Positions 12,395 to 24,381 of a stretch of 64,000 nucleotides of DNA are shown piece by piece. The notes beneath the pieces were generated by a model. It saw only the letters and a list, made by a program, of their open reading frames with translations. It was not told where the DNA came from and made no database searches. Source of the stretch: Tubiluchus corallicola (taxonomy: Eukaryota; Animalia; Priapulida); contig JAQGDQ010000048.1 in assembly GCA_030141605.1 (NCBI GenBank), positions 372,001-436,000 on the forward strand. Direction: 5' to 3'. The stretch's first letter is position 1. The number at the start of each line of letters is the position of its first letter. A program made the position numbers and the translations under genes.

Positions 12395-13811
12395 AGGAGC
12401 TTTTGAGGATTCCAAACTAGCAAATATTCTCTTCACCTTTAAACTGGCAAAAAAGTTGTTAGGTATTTTTACTTCTCGTACAATGATAACCAAAGTTACA
12501 TGAAACAGTGTCTGTGAATTATTTATTGAGACTAAACAGTACGTGCTCATTCCTGGTGCACTAGACATTGTCCTGCAAAATAACTATATCCACTTACTAA
12601 TTCATTTTAATAATGTGTAATGCCTAAGAAATAGCACAGGACTGCCAGGGAATCTTTGAAAAACAAATCAACTTCACAAGATTGCATTCTCATTATGGAG
12701 CTGTTTGGAAAATTTTTACGCTATGTATTCAAATTAGTTAATAGTCATTTATCTTGTTTTGACCTCAAAATGGTGGGACTGTCATCAAAAATTGAGCTTA
12801 AAGCAGAAACATTCTATAGCTGTCACTAAAACTGACTCAAAAAACTCTAGTTGATCTGGGCTGACCATAAGTGCCATCCTGTTTTTCTTCAAGAATGAGT
12901 GGTGACAAAAAATGTGTTTGCTGACCATACCAGTAATCTCAATAAAGATTATATATTTTTGTTTTTTAATGTTAATTAAAAATAATGTTTTTTCTTCGTA
13001 AAATTTGTATTAATTTAATGCTTTCTGTAAAAATATCATTGTATGCTCATGGTAAATTTAGCAATAAATTCTAATTCTAATTCTAAATAAATGAAGATTA
13101 TGTATAAAAAAAACTGAAGAAAGATAGGTACATTTATTAACAAGCTAAATTATTTTTGCGACCATGTCCTTGTACTTGTACTTTGACCTCTGTGTTGCTA
13201 CGCTGTAGTACTAATAACCACCAGACTCACTCACATATAGCTTCCAGTCTTGTATAAGATCAAAGTGTACCACTTTGCTGGATAGTGATCAGTAAGTTTT
13301 CAGGACACATTTTTGCAATTTTTTTAATAAGTTTAGAAAGATAAGAATTTGCAGTTTAAAATGTGTTGTTGTGGCAAGATATGCTTGAATTGAAATTTCT
13401 AAGCAAGATTGTTTTGGTAATTGTATGTTTGTTACTGATACAGCAGTTATATTGTTAATATACAGTTAAAGAAAAATCTCATTTGAAACTGATATAGAAA
13501 GTAATCGTTCGATGATTCTTTACAAATATCAAATGTTCTACCAAGTGTCATAATTGGCATTTTTAACGTCTGTTATACAGCTTTTTACGTCTTATATTGT
13601 AAGTTACTTTTAGGTACTAAAAATGTAGTTGCTATAGTAATTGTAGCAAAAATATTTTACATAAAATAAGTAAAACGACTCCTGTTTCTTTATCTGCTAA
13701 AATGTGCTGCTCATACCCATAAATAGTTGCGAAAATAACTTAAACAGTATTTCCACTTAGGTTTGCACCAGTTTTGTGCGCTGATGAGTCACAGTAACCC
13801 ATATCATCAAT

Positions 13812-16800
13812 ATGGCATCTGTTTTATTTAATTTGACTTTTCCGTCTGCAGAAGATGTGACAAATTGGATCAGTCAACATCCAGTTTTTGTTGGATCATC
13901 ATTATTTGCAGGTGGATAATAGCTTTAGCTTGACTTTCAGTTTATTGAAGTTGTAGATACTATTGATTATTATGTTGCACACATACTGTTAAAAAAATTA
14001 GCTTGTTAATTAATCTTTTTGTTTTGTAGGTTGCAAAGTTGCAAAGTGGGCTCTTGCTAGTTTGATTTAGGCAGTTTGATTGTTAACAGATTTTCAGTAG
14101 ATTTATTTTTCAGTTTATTCTGAATCACAATATTTCGATTGCACTTTAGGCTTTGGATATTCGCAAACTAACAAAATTAGCTTTTTTGCTGCATACAAAA
14201 ACTGCCAAATGACTATGATTAATAGATATTATTGAACAGTCTTCATTGAGAATGAGTCCATGATCATAGAAATGAAATTCTATAATCAGGATGGATTTTT
14301 AGAAATAAAAATTGTTAATCGAGATGCTGAAACATAGAGGGAAAAACCGTATCTTTTACACCCACTCACTCTACCTGGTGTAAAAGCTAGCCAATATAGT
14401 CTTAAAGGGTAAATGATTATAATACATATATGTACACTGTCAGTAAAATACATGTAAAGCATATGTACTAACAGACTAAAATTCATTAAAGAAGTGCGCC
14501 CGTCGTTTACAGAGATGGTACTGATGTTCAGTCTCACGGTTTGGGTTCAAGGCTGACAAGAGGTTTTGATTAAGTGCCATTGTTATGAGAAATGTAACGA
14601 ATTTTATGAGAATTTCCAATGGTGTTCGCTTACATTTCATCCCCCTAAAGCGTCGCTCTCATACTGTGAGACTGAACTCACTACGACCCCTGTCGCCACT
14701 GGTCTCACTTCTTTAGTGAATTTAGCAAGAGAAGTGCAGGCTTATTGATTAATGTTTAATTTAAATTTGTAAATTCATATAAGTATAATAGCATACATTG
14801 AATGCGTGTAAATTTTCATTTTCTTTATGAGTTCTGTTTTTGTTTTTAGTTCTTGCATTAGTGGTTGTAAGAAGATGGTTTGCTGGTGGTCGCTGTACTA
14901 GTAAAGCCAGACTTGATGGTAAAACAGTTATTATTACTGGAGCCAACTCTGGCATTGGATATGAAACAGCAAAGGACCTGGCTAGACGTGGTATGGAAGA
15001 GTGATCACTTATAAAACTCAACATAGAATTTCTGTTCACATTTCAAAACTCTGTTATGCATTGAAGAATTGTGCTAGCCTCTTGACTACAAGTATGATGA
15101 GAATCTCTTGCTGTAGAAACCTTACTGTATTTGGTTTTATAACTTGACCCACTCATCAAGCTAAAAGTAAAATTAATCTACCTAGCGTTTTGCAATTTAT
15201 TCTTGTATAATACACTGACATCACAAAGTCAAAGTCAGAAGCTTGGCAGAACATTTGTGTGCTCTGTACTTACACCCTGTACAACAATTGACTTTGTGCT
15301 AAATGTATTTGCACAAAATGATATGAACAGTACATTACGAGGCGAGCACTATCTACTGAGCACCACAGCGTCGATTTTGCATAACCAGGTGTTTACGTTT
15401 CAGGTGCGCATGTAATCCTTGCTTGTAGAAGTAAAGAGAGAGGTCAGAAAGCAGCCAGCAGTATCAAAGAAGTCACTGCGAACAATAATGTCGTATTCAA
15501 ACAGCTTGATTTGGCTTCATTTGCGTCTGTCCGTGCCTTTGCTGCAGATATTTTAAAGACTGAAGCAAGAATAGATATTTTAATCAACAATGCAGGTAAG
15601 AATGGCTTAGTGCAAAATTTGCTTTCTCGTCTTGTTTTTCAATGTGCAAAGTTTAGTTCCCAGCCGAGTATTAACGAATCATAAAAAAGGCATAGTTGTG
15701 TCTTTTGACAAACATGCAAGTTTACTACATGCAAAGTTACGTAAAGACATATGGGTTTAACTTGTCATCAACAGAGGCTCTACTGCTTTACGTTCATTGT
15801 AGATTCAACTTTTAAATAGGTATTATCAGTAAAAAAATTAAGAAATGGTCTCAAGAAAAACAATAGGTGATACACAAAATGCCTTTGGTATTTGGTTATA
15901 TGATCACCTCCATCGATATGGCGTAGTAGTTTGATTTCTTGACTCTTGGACAGTTGTGGTACATGACAATGTAATCGTTAGCTATATTACAGAACCATTA
16001 CAAAACCTGTTTCCAAATTAGTAGGTCTTCCATAGAGTATGAGTGTTTTTAAGTCTTACAGTTCAAGTTTTGTAAAGTCTGCAACGGGCAGGCTGGTTCA
16101 GGTATTGATTAGATTTGATTAATTTTATAGATCTCGAGGAAAATTTGCTTTAGCAAATACAAGACCTGCCATTCCGTGCTGTCATTTTACAATGTATAAA
16201 ATATACTACAGATACAAATTGTGCTAATGTCTGATAAATAAGGATAATGCATGTGCATTCCATACATTCAATTAATAAACGCTGTCTTTAGAAAAGTGTA
16301 CCACTCTGTAACAGCCTCAAAGCTGAAGGCATAAAACAGTGCCTACTTCTCCCCCTGTTAACAACTCTAATCAATAAGATTGTAGTGGAAATGAAACTGA
16401 GCAAATTAGTAATGTGATATTGAAACAAAAAACATAAAAAAATAACCTCCACTGTGAATGCTTGTTAACATTTTTTGACCAAATGCCCTGCAAATCTAAA
16501 AAATTTTGCTGCCAAACAAATAAATGTTATTTGGCTGGGAGTACTATGTACTGTACTGAGTACATGTACTGAGTCAACAATGTTGCTTACTTTACTTTTC
16601 TGGTTTTCCACTGTTAGTGCTATATAATCAGTGTTTCATTTACTTCCTGACAATTATAACCAGAAGCCAATTAGCTCATCTTTGTTTATTCTTCAGCACT
16701 CTTGTTCACATGCAGGCCTAAAAATGAAGCATGTAAATCATTTAACCCATTTCTCATCAAAATTTTATTCTTCAACATGGATTGACCCACATATGAAGAC

Positions 16801-19800
16801 CGAAAATGGCCATGAGATGCAATGGCCCATTAATCATTTAATCCATTACTGTATTTTTCAGCATGGATTGGTCCATATACGAAGACCAAAGATGGGAATG
16901 AGATGCAGTGGCAAGTCAATCACTTGAGCCATTTTCTACTGACAAATCTTCTACTGGATAAGATTAAAGCTTCGGCACCTGCCAGGATTATCAATGTCTC
17001 TTCATTGGCACATAAATGTAAGTCTAGCAAGTGCTTGGTTAGTTTTTGAGCAATTTACAATGTGTTTAGAACAGTTTTTTCAGTACTTGCAGCTGTTTTC
17101 ATCAGTGTTATTATGTCAGTTTGTTAGCATAGTAAAATTTTTCAACGTGGTTCACCACACTCTACTGTTCACTTTTCCAGTGAAGAATTGATAAAAGTCA
17201 TCTATTTCATGATTAATGACACTTAGAACTGCTTTGGTCCTAAAGTAATCTTTTGGAATTTACTACACATTATAAAATACAGCCCTCATGCACATTTTAC
17301 AAATGCTGGTAACTAGTTTCATTATTGTGTCAACTTTTTAGCATGAATCACTTTTATGCTGTCCACTAATGCAATGAAATGTCGCTTCTTTAATGAAAAA
17401 TGTAGTTACTTTATTGGCTAGTAGACGTGACAAATGCGTTACACTAAAACACTCAACATCTTTGAGTTTCAATATTAGAATGTGGTTTAATGTGAAGAGG
17501 GTTGCAAACTTGTACCAAAACTGCACTATAGCTTGACATAACTATGCTGCTAATGGTACCATTACCAGAGTGTAGATCAGTTGCAAACTTGTGCCAAAAA
17601 ACTGTACTATAGTTTGACGAAAACATGCTTCTAGTTTTGTACATTACCAAAGTGAAAATCGGTTGCAGGAGCCAAAATTGCACTATAGTTTGACATACCT
17701 ATACTTCTAACTTTGACATTACCATTGCCAGAGTGAAGTTTTATGCTAATATAAAAATGTTATGTAGTGCACAAAAATGCTGCCTGTTGGAAATTTCAAA
17801 TGCAGTATTTTCAAGTTTTGTACATTTACTGTTAGTGTCTTCAGATTGTGATACAAAAAAGGAATTTTCTGGTAGTGCTAGACTATTTTGTGTGTTTTTC
17901 ACTGTTTTATCTTTGTTTTACTCTTTCTTTTTTGTTTTTAAAACACAAATGAAATTATTAATTAAAGTGAAATTAATGCCCAATTAGGCCATATGATCTT
18001 TTCCAGCTTCAGCCACAGAATAGATTGTTGTCAGTTTTTAAAGATAATATGTGAGACAAATTAATTGCTAAGCCTAATTGTTCAGTGAATTTCAAGCAGC
18101 CTTCTATTTGTGCACTTTAAATGGCAGACACAGTATACCAATTGCCAAACATGTGCAATCTGATTCCATAATTTGGGCGATTTTCCATAATGCTGTTGCC
18201 CATTGAGCTAACATGACTAAAACTGTTGAAGAAATCTTATGACCTAATTGATTAAATGTAGACACTTTTATTATCTGATGTAGTTATTTACATTATGATA
18301 AGTGCTTGATTAGTATTTTCTGCTTCGTGCAATGCTGAAGAAATTTAGAAAACAAGACCTTCCTTAAATTTCCAAATGTCTTTCTTGCTTAATAATTTTG
18401 AGCTGTGACAACTTGTACCCCCAAGCAGCCCTCGCAGAGGCTAAAATTTAATTGCTGCAAAATTATTGCTTGTGAACATGGAGTAGAAGTCTGTGGGACC
18501 ACACTTACCACGGCAAACTGCAAGCGAGCAGCTGAGTTTTTTTTGAGAATTGTTAATAATATTTTGGTGAGTTATCTAGTTGTCCCAACATTCAGTGTGA
18601 CAATTTTGTTTATAACCAAAGATGCTGTTTTCTGGATATTTAGTGAGGCCAATAATTTTTTAAAAAGTACTGTACAACTTCCAATGTTTGTTAATTTGCC
18701 TTGCTTGTAATTCTTTATTATGTTATGCACATAACAGTTACCTTACAACAGAGTTGACTGATTTGTGAAAAAAGGTGTTTTATATTATAGTGCGTAGCAG
18801 ACGTCATGTGATCTACTTAAACATAGTTAGTGCAGACTGTGCAGTCTTTAATTGGAGTGTCTTTATTTCAGCGATAAAACTAATATATGCTTACAATAGT
18901 CTACTGAAATTTTCGACAGTGGAATGTTACATTATCAGAAATTGTTCATGTTTGTTTTCATTCTTTTTTTATTATGCTGATGTCTTAATTGGAGCACTTC
19001 CTGTTAAACTACACGCTCTTATTAATCAAACGCCTATTCTTTTTAAAATTGCTTGTGCATTCTTGTTTAAAATCTAGCAAGAATTTTGGCTTCGAGTTTT
19101 CTATAAATTGTTCTGTCATAGCTGTTTGATTCAGTTACCAGTAGGCTTAGTCACTGCAAGCCTAACGCCACTCACAGTCCGAAAAGACAATCCACAATAT
19201 AATATAAATAAACTGAAAATAAACAGTATATGTAAATTCAGAATACAGTGTATTCATTATAATGAAAATGATGCCTAGTTGCTGCATTTTGCAGATGAAA
19301 TTTTATTATTTGCGTATTTTGAGTAATTACTTGATAGGGTCACCAAATTATTGTTCATTATTGCTTAGAATTTCTTGCTTTTTGAGTAAAACCTACCTGT
19401 TGGTAAGATGCATGATATTAGTGCAAGTTTTTCTGCTGTGTTTTGCATTTAATTAAGAACACAGCACTGTTTCCAATCTTTGGCAAACATTTAATTTATG
19501 TAACTCATTTTTGTTGTTTAAACTAAATTAGATGAATTGTGTTATATAAATTATATGATTAAAACTTTATTCAAACCCTATTTTTTCAAGCACTGTATGC
19601 ATGTTCTGAAGCAAAACATTTTTGTGTGTTACAGATTCAAAACCAATAGAATGGGAAGATTTGAACTACGAAAAACATGAGTATGTTGAAATGTCTCTGA
19701 AAGGCGGGGCATACGAACGAACAAAACTTGCCAACGTTTTGTTCACAGACTACCTTGCAAAGAAACTGAAAGGTAAGAAAGATATTGTAATGGAGTGATG

Positions 19801-20133
19801 GAATAATTTTACATTTACTAAGTTTAGAAATAAAGCATGGCCAAAAAAAGGAATGTGGTAAAGTGAGGGCTGAACCTGGGTTTGAACCCATATTAATGGA
19901 TTGGAAATCCAGCATAATGACCACACAGCTTTTGTCATCAGGTAAGGTTTTTACCCAAAATCAAATGTTAATGAAGCATAACCTGAGAGTGATGACTATT
20001 TATATTCTTCATTTCGTTATCTGTGAGATATATACTCATATCGACATTCATACTCATGTTGACAATCATACTGTTTTTTCATATTCGTTTTGCCTTCTAA
20101 GTCTAAAATGTGAGAAACTGGGCCTGGGTGTGT

Positions 20134-20219
<86 letters not shown>

Positions 20220-20366
20220 TGTTGTAGTAGTAGCAGCAGTAGGAGTAGTAGTAGTAGTAGTAGCAGCAGCAGCAGTAGCAGTAGCAGTAGCAGTAGCAGT
20301 AGCAGTAGCAGTAGCAGTAGCAGTAGCAGTAGCAGTAGCAGTAGCAGTAGCAGTAGCAGTAGCAGT

Positions 20367-20431
<65 letters not shown>

Positions 20432-21554
20432 GAGCAGTAGTCGTATAAATTTATTTTACTATGTAATTTATATTATTGTACATTTGCCCTCAACAGTAAT
20501 TGTCATTTGAGGATTCCAATGCATGTTTTATAGGTGTTAATTTTAGAACACATGCAAACCTAAAAACTGAGTGTTAAGTGACACGCAGTCGATTTTGCAA
20601 ATTTGAATTTTGATTGCATTTCAAATTCTGATTATAATCTGCTATTATGACTTGCAGGTACATCTGTGACAGTGAATAGCCTTCATCCAGGTCTAGTTAA
20701 AACAAATATTGCTCAAAATCTTAGTTGGCATAGCCAACTTATTGTTGTTCTATGCTATCCGCTGACTTTTATGATAATGAAGACACCAGAGGAAGGTGCT
20801 CAAACCACAGTACACTTAGCTGTTTCAGAAGAGGTGGCAGATGTTTCTGGTGCTTACTTTGCGTAAGTTTTACTGCTGTGAAAATGCTAACTTCATTGCT
20901 GTTCAAACATTAGAGCGTGGCATACCTATTTATTGTAGCCAAATGTGAATTTTCATTCTTCCATTCGTTCGTTCATGATCATTTTATTTTCGATATTCAA
21001 TTCAATACATCAGCATTTTTAACATAAATTTTAAGACACTTATTGTTGGGGAATCCAGCACTAAAGCATAAACCACGAATGAGGCATTAGTCGCTTACTA
21101 ATTTGACTGTCTTTGCCAAGTAGCTTATTAACCAGACAATTTCAATCACAAATTCACAACTACTGTACCAAACTTCGCACTTCGAGTTTCGTTAACTCAT
21201 TACCAGAAGTTAATTTGTTCACTGCATAAAGACTTCATTGTAGCTAACTAATTCAAAATTGATAGCAGTAAAATAGGCTTTTGCTTGGAATTTGTATACA
21301 TTGTAGAATTATCAAATTATTAAACATAGTGACAGCTTTTTATAATATTTCAACCTTTTTTATGTGACTTAGTATGACGATGTTAGTAGCCTACACATTT
21401 TCATGCCTGTCTTTGTGTAGTCAGTATTTTTAATTTTAACAAACCTGTATATTTCAGAGATTGCAAAATTGTTGATAAAGGAGATTTGTGTAATGATGAG
21501 ACAACAATGGCAAAGTTGTGGCAAGTGTCTACAGAAGCCGTAAAATCGGAGTAA
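13812..21554 (+). CDS. Retinol dehydrogenase 11/12/13-like SDR gene 2, about 342 aa
   Basis: Exons 13812-13911 (putative ATG exon, weak gtggat donor but in phase), 14850-14990 (RRWFAGGRC...[25 protein letters not shown], TGxxxGxG), 15404-15595 (VILACR...LDLAS...IDILINNA), 16862-17017 ([22 protein letters not shown]...[11 protein letters not shown]), 19635-19772 (AYERTKLAN), 20658-20862 (NSLHPGLV...[11 protein letters not shown]) and 21458-21554. Total 1029 nt in frame. AATAAA at 21581. Confidence 0.9.
14476..14725. mobile_element. Foldback/MITE-like element with ~60-bp imperfect inverted repeats, in an intron of RDH gene 2
   Basis: ctaaaattcattaaagaagtg...gttcagtctcac pairs with gtgagactgaac...cacttctttagtgaatttag. 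Confidence 0.6.
17501..17735. repeat. Three tandem copies of an ~80-bp unit
   Basis: gttgca...ccaaaa.tgcactatagtttgac...cattacca.agtg repeated three times. A single homologous copy lies near 391-450. Confidence 0.75.
19866..19935 (-). pseudogene. tRNA-like remnant (tRNA-derived SINE head or pseudo-tRNA, TCC anticodon-like loop)
   Basis: Minus strand reads ...gtggtcattatgctggatttccaatccattaatatgggttcaaacccagg. It has a B-box-like gggttcaaaccc hairpin, but the acceptor and D stems are degenerate. Confidence 0.35.
20134..20442. repeat. Compound microsatellite (AGT)n/(AGCAGT)n/(AGC)n
   Basis: Direct reading; intronic in RDH gene 2. Confidence 0.97.
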
Positions 21555-22986
21555 GAACCATTACATTGCACTTCTGCAGAAATAAAGTGTGGAACATTAA
21601 TCTAGTGCATGCATTAAATCCTGATATTGTCTAACTACAGAAAACGTCTGGACATAACCAGGAAGCTATTATAGATTTGCCATAGAACAAAATTAATGAC
21701 ACAGCTGTTGTAAAAGCTTGAAACACATGCAATGTGAATTTGCAATGATTTTGTAATTTCCTAGAATTAGGTGGTGACCAATTTAATAACTGACTGTATT
21801 GTTTAAAACAGTTATGCTCTAGTGTTTAAATAATAGAAAAGTTCAGTTTGTGCTGCCTTCTTAACCAGTTATGTAAAAACTTATTATATAAAAACCCATT
21901 TGTCACGAAAAGCTTTATTCGGATTGCTTATGAGTTTAATTCATTTACCCAGGTAAGTTTAATGTCACATTAATGTGTTAGTTGTGCAATTCAAGCTGTT
22001 CAAATTATCCAACTTATGGATGCAGATTATAATTTATAATAGGTCATACATGTGTGCACACTGAACAAGGTTGATACAAAATCTGGGGCAGTCCCAGAAA
22101 CATCAAAATCGGTCAAATAAATTAGTTTGGATCAAAACACAGTTTGTAAATAGTGAGACTTTTTTTACGTTTGTCATCTCTTTTTTGTTTAGCAAGACAT
22201 CTGTCAATTTTCTGTTTGCTTGAAGACAAAGAAGATTACTCCGTGGAAAATACCTGCATTGTAGGTCAATAAACTGTCTAGTTAAAAGTGTTTCCTTATC
22301 ATTATTAGTATTTTCAAAGAATGCATTAGATATTTGTAAATATTAATTTGTCACATTTCATTGGCTTTTTTGTACTTTCATTCTATTATTTTGTTCTGCT
22401 GTTATTCTGAATAGTCAATAGCCATAGGTGAAGCTGTAAACTGTAAACTAAAAAGCTGTGATAAATGGTAATATAATATAACAATCATCAGTTTTAATAA
22501 ATGATTTTTTCTAGTGCCACTGATTTTTATGCATCACTCTATGTTATCATACAGTTACGTAAATGAAAATATTGATGTTATTAGTTATCAGTATCGAAAG
22601 TAAATTTATTACCATCTTATATACACTATTTTTGCTCGTATGTTTATTCAAAAACCATATTAGGCCCACAGTGCTTAAATTATAAGTAGTACATGCAGTA
22701 ATATAATGAGCAGCTAATCTACCTGAAGTTGACAAAATCCTGGGTTATTAATGCTTAATTAAAATCTAGCCTTTCGTACTTTACCTCTGGCACTTTAGCT
22801 CTTTATTACCTCTGTTTTAATAAATTTTACACAAATTATTTGACAAATCTGCAATATTGCGATATGAAATTAATCTGAGTACACGAGTTAAAGGCATAAT
22901 TATCCCTATAAATCCTATAAAGCAGAAGAGCTTATATTATACACCACATCCATTTCAGATGAATTCACAGCATTTTCTTTTGTTAG

Positions 22987-24381
22987 TGTATCTAAGATTA
23001 GGCTGTGGTGACTTACACTTTGAAATAAAGAACTACATTTCATTTTGCATTGGTAAGGTAGCTTATGAGCGATGCAAGCCGACAAATCTGTGAACTAGCA
23101 AAAAGGCTCAGGTATGTTTACTTCTCATACAGTGCAATGGTATTGGCATGCAAATTACTAGACACGTCCTGCAAAATTTGGTTTCTGTTTTGAAAATACA
23201 TAACAGGTTGCTGCGTGGTAATGTTGCAACTAGTATGTTTTTTGCTATTAGTGGCTACAGAGTTGTACCCAATTGTTGCCTATCTTTAGTAATAGATGGC
23301 GCACAGTGGATGAATAGCTGATCCATACAGATAAAAAGCCGTGTTATTTATGCACGTTCACATGCTGCAGTGTGCCGTAAATGTGACATACCATAAGAAC
23401 CAGATCGGCTCAGGAAATTTAGGCCAATGTCAATTTTGGTCCCTGCTCCTCCCATCAATATGGCAGTGAAAACAGTACATTTTAGGACATTCCACTACAT
23501 GTATGTAATATTATAGTCATCCAAGGCATCTTTTAGAGGTTTTAGTTAGTCCCGACTCATCAGTTTGAATATCAATGTTCCCACTCTATTCGAATAATAA
23601 CACTCAATATGGTGGCCAAAATGGTATCCAAAATAACATCTGCAATATTTTCAGCTAGTCCACAATATTTTTTCATATTAGTTTGGAAACATCCTGCAGC
23701 TATTGAGCTGAGACTTGCCACGTTCGTAGTACATTGATTGTCTAAAAATTTCAGCAATTATTAAAAACGTTGCAGTGACAGCTGAATATGAGAAACTGTG
23801 GGAAAATGCCTGAAGTTATGTATCGCTGCACAAAACCACATTTACTAGACAAGTAGATTTACTAGCACTACTAGCACTTTAAAAAGTTTCAGATTTTTCA
23901 GGGACTGATGTAAGACTGAACTCTCTTCGTCCATCCACCAGCAATCTAAACACATGGAGGTTGTACTTGTCAGAACATTTAGACATTTGGTAACTAAAAC
24001 AGAAGGAGGCGCTCAAACGCCTAATCATTTGACTGCTTCTGAAGACGTAAAAAGCATCTCTGGTTCATACTTTGTGTAAGTAGTCTCTGTGATTAGCTTA
24101 TTTGCAAGTTGCTTATCATTATCCTGTCTACAGGAGGCAGAACACAGAGCACTTTTACCAATAACCAACATAAATATTTATCTTTATTTAACTGATATTG
24201 ACAAAGTATCATCAAAAATAACGTTTATTATGTACTTTGGAGAGGTTTGTGAGCAAAATTCTATCCTCCATTGATTGTAAGAGATTATGTCATTGCAAAA
24301 GCATCAGAAATCAGTAGGGATGGGGGAAACCCTGTCAGTAATATGGAAAGTTCCTGTAAAAGTCTTTAGATTAAAGTGTGA
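22987..24381 (+). pseudogene. Degenerate RDH C-terminal cassette 5 (pseudo-exons A, B, C)
   Basis: 22987-23111 (GDLHFE...AYERCKPTNL then stop/frameshift, ELAKRL, gtatgt donor); 23902-24075 ([10 protein letters not shown], stop/frameshift, EGGAQTPNHLTASEDVKSISGSYF, gtaagt donor); 24282-~24381 (DYVIAKASEIS, frameshift, IWKV). Each aligns to the matching intact cassette exon. Confidence 0.75.

Noticed and set aside
12540-12600. Possible remnant of a B3 exon (IPGA...IHL)
   Set aside because: The similarity is too short, the spacing is wrong and there are no matching splice sites; probably chance.
19866-19935. Functional tRNA-Gly gene
   Set aside because: The acceptor and D stems do not pair convincingly; kept only as a tRNA-derived remnant.
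19863-20510. 215-aa poly-Ser and poly-Val/Ala ORFs (also the poly-Ile/Val ORFs at 37293-37878 and 54464-54655)
   Set aside because: Artefacts of stop-free triplet microsatellites in introns or intergenic DNA.
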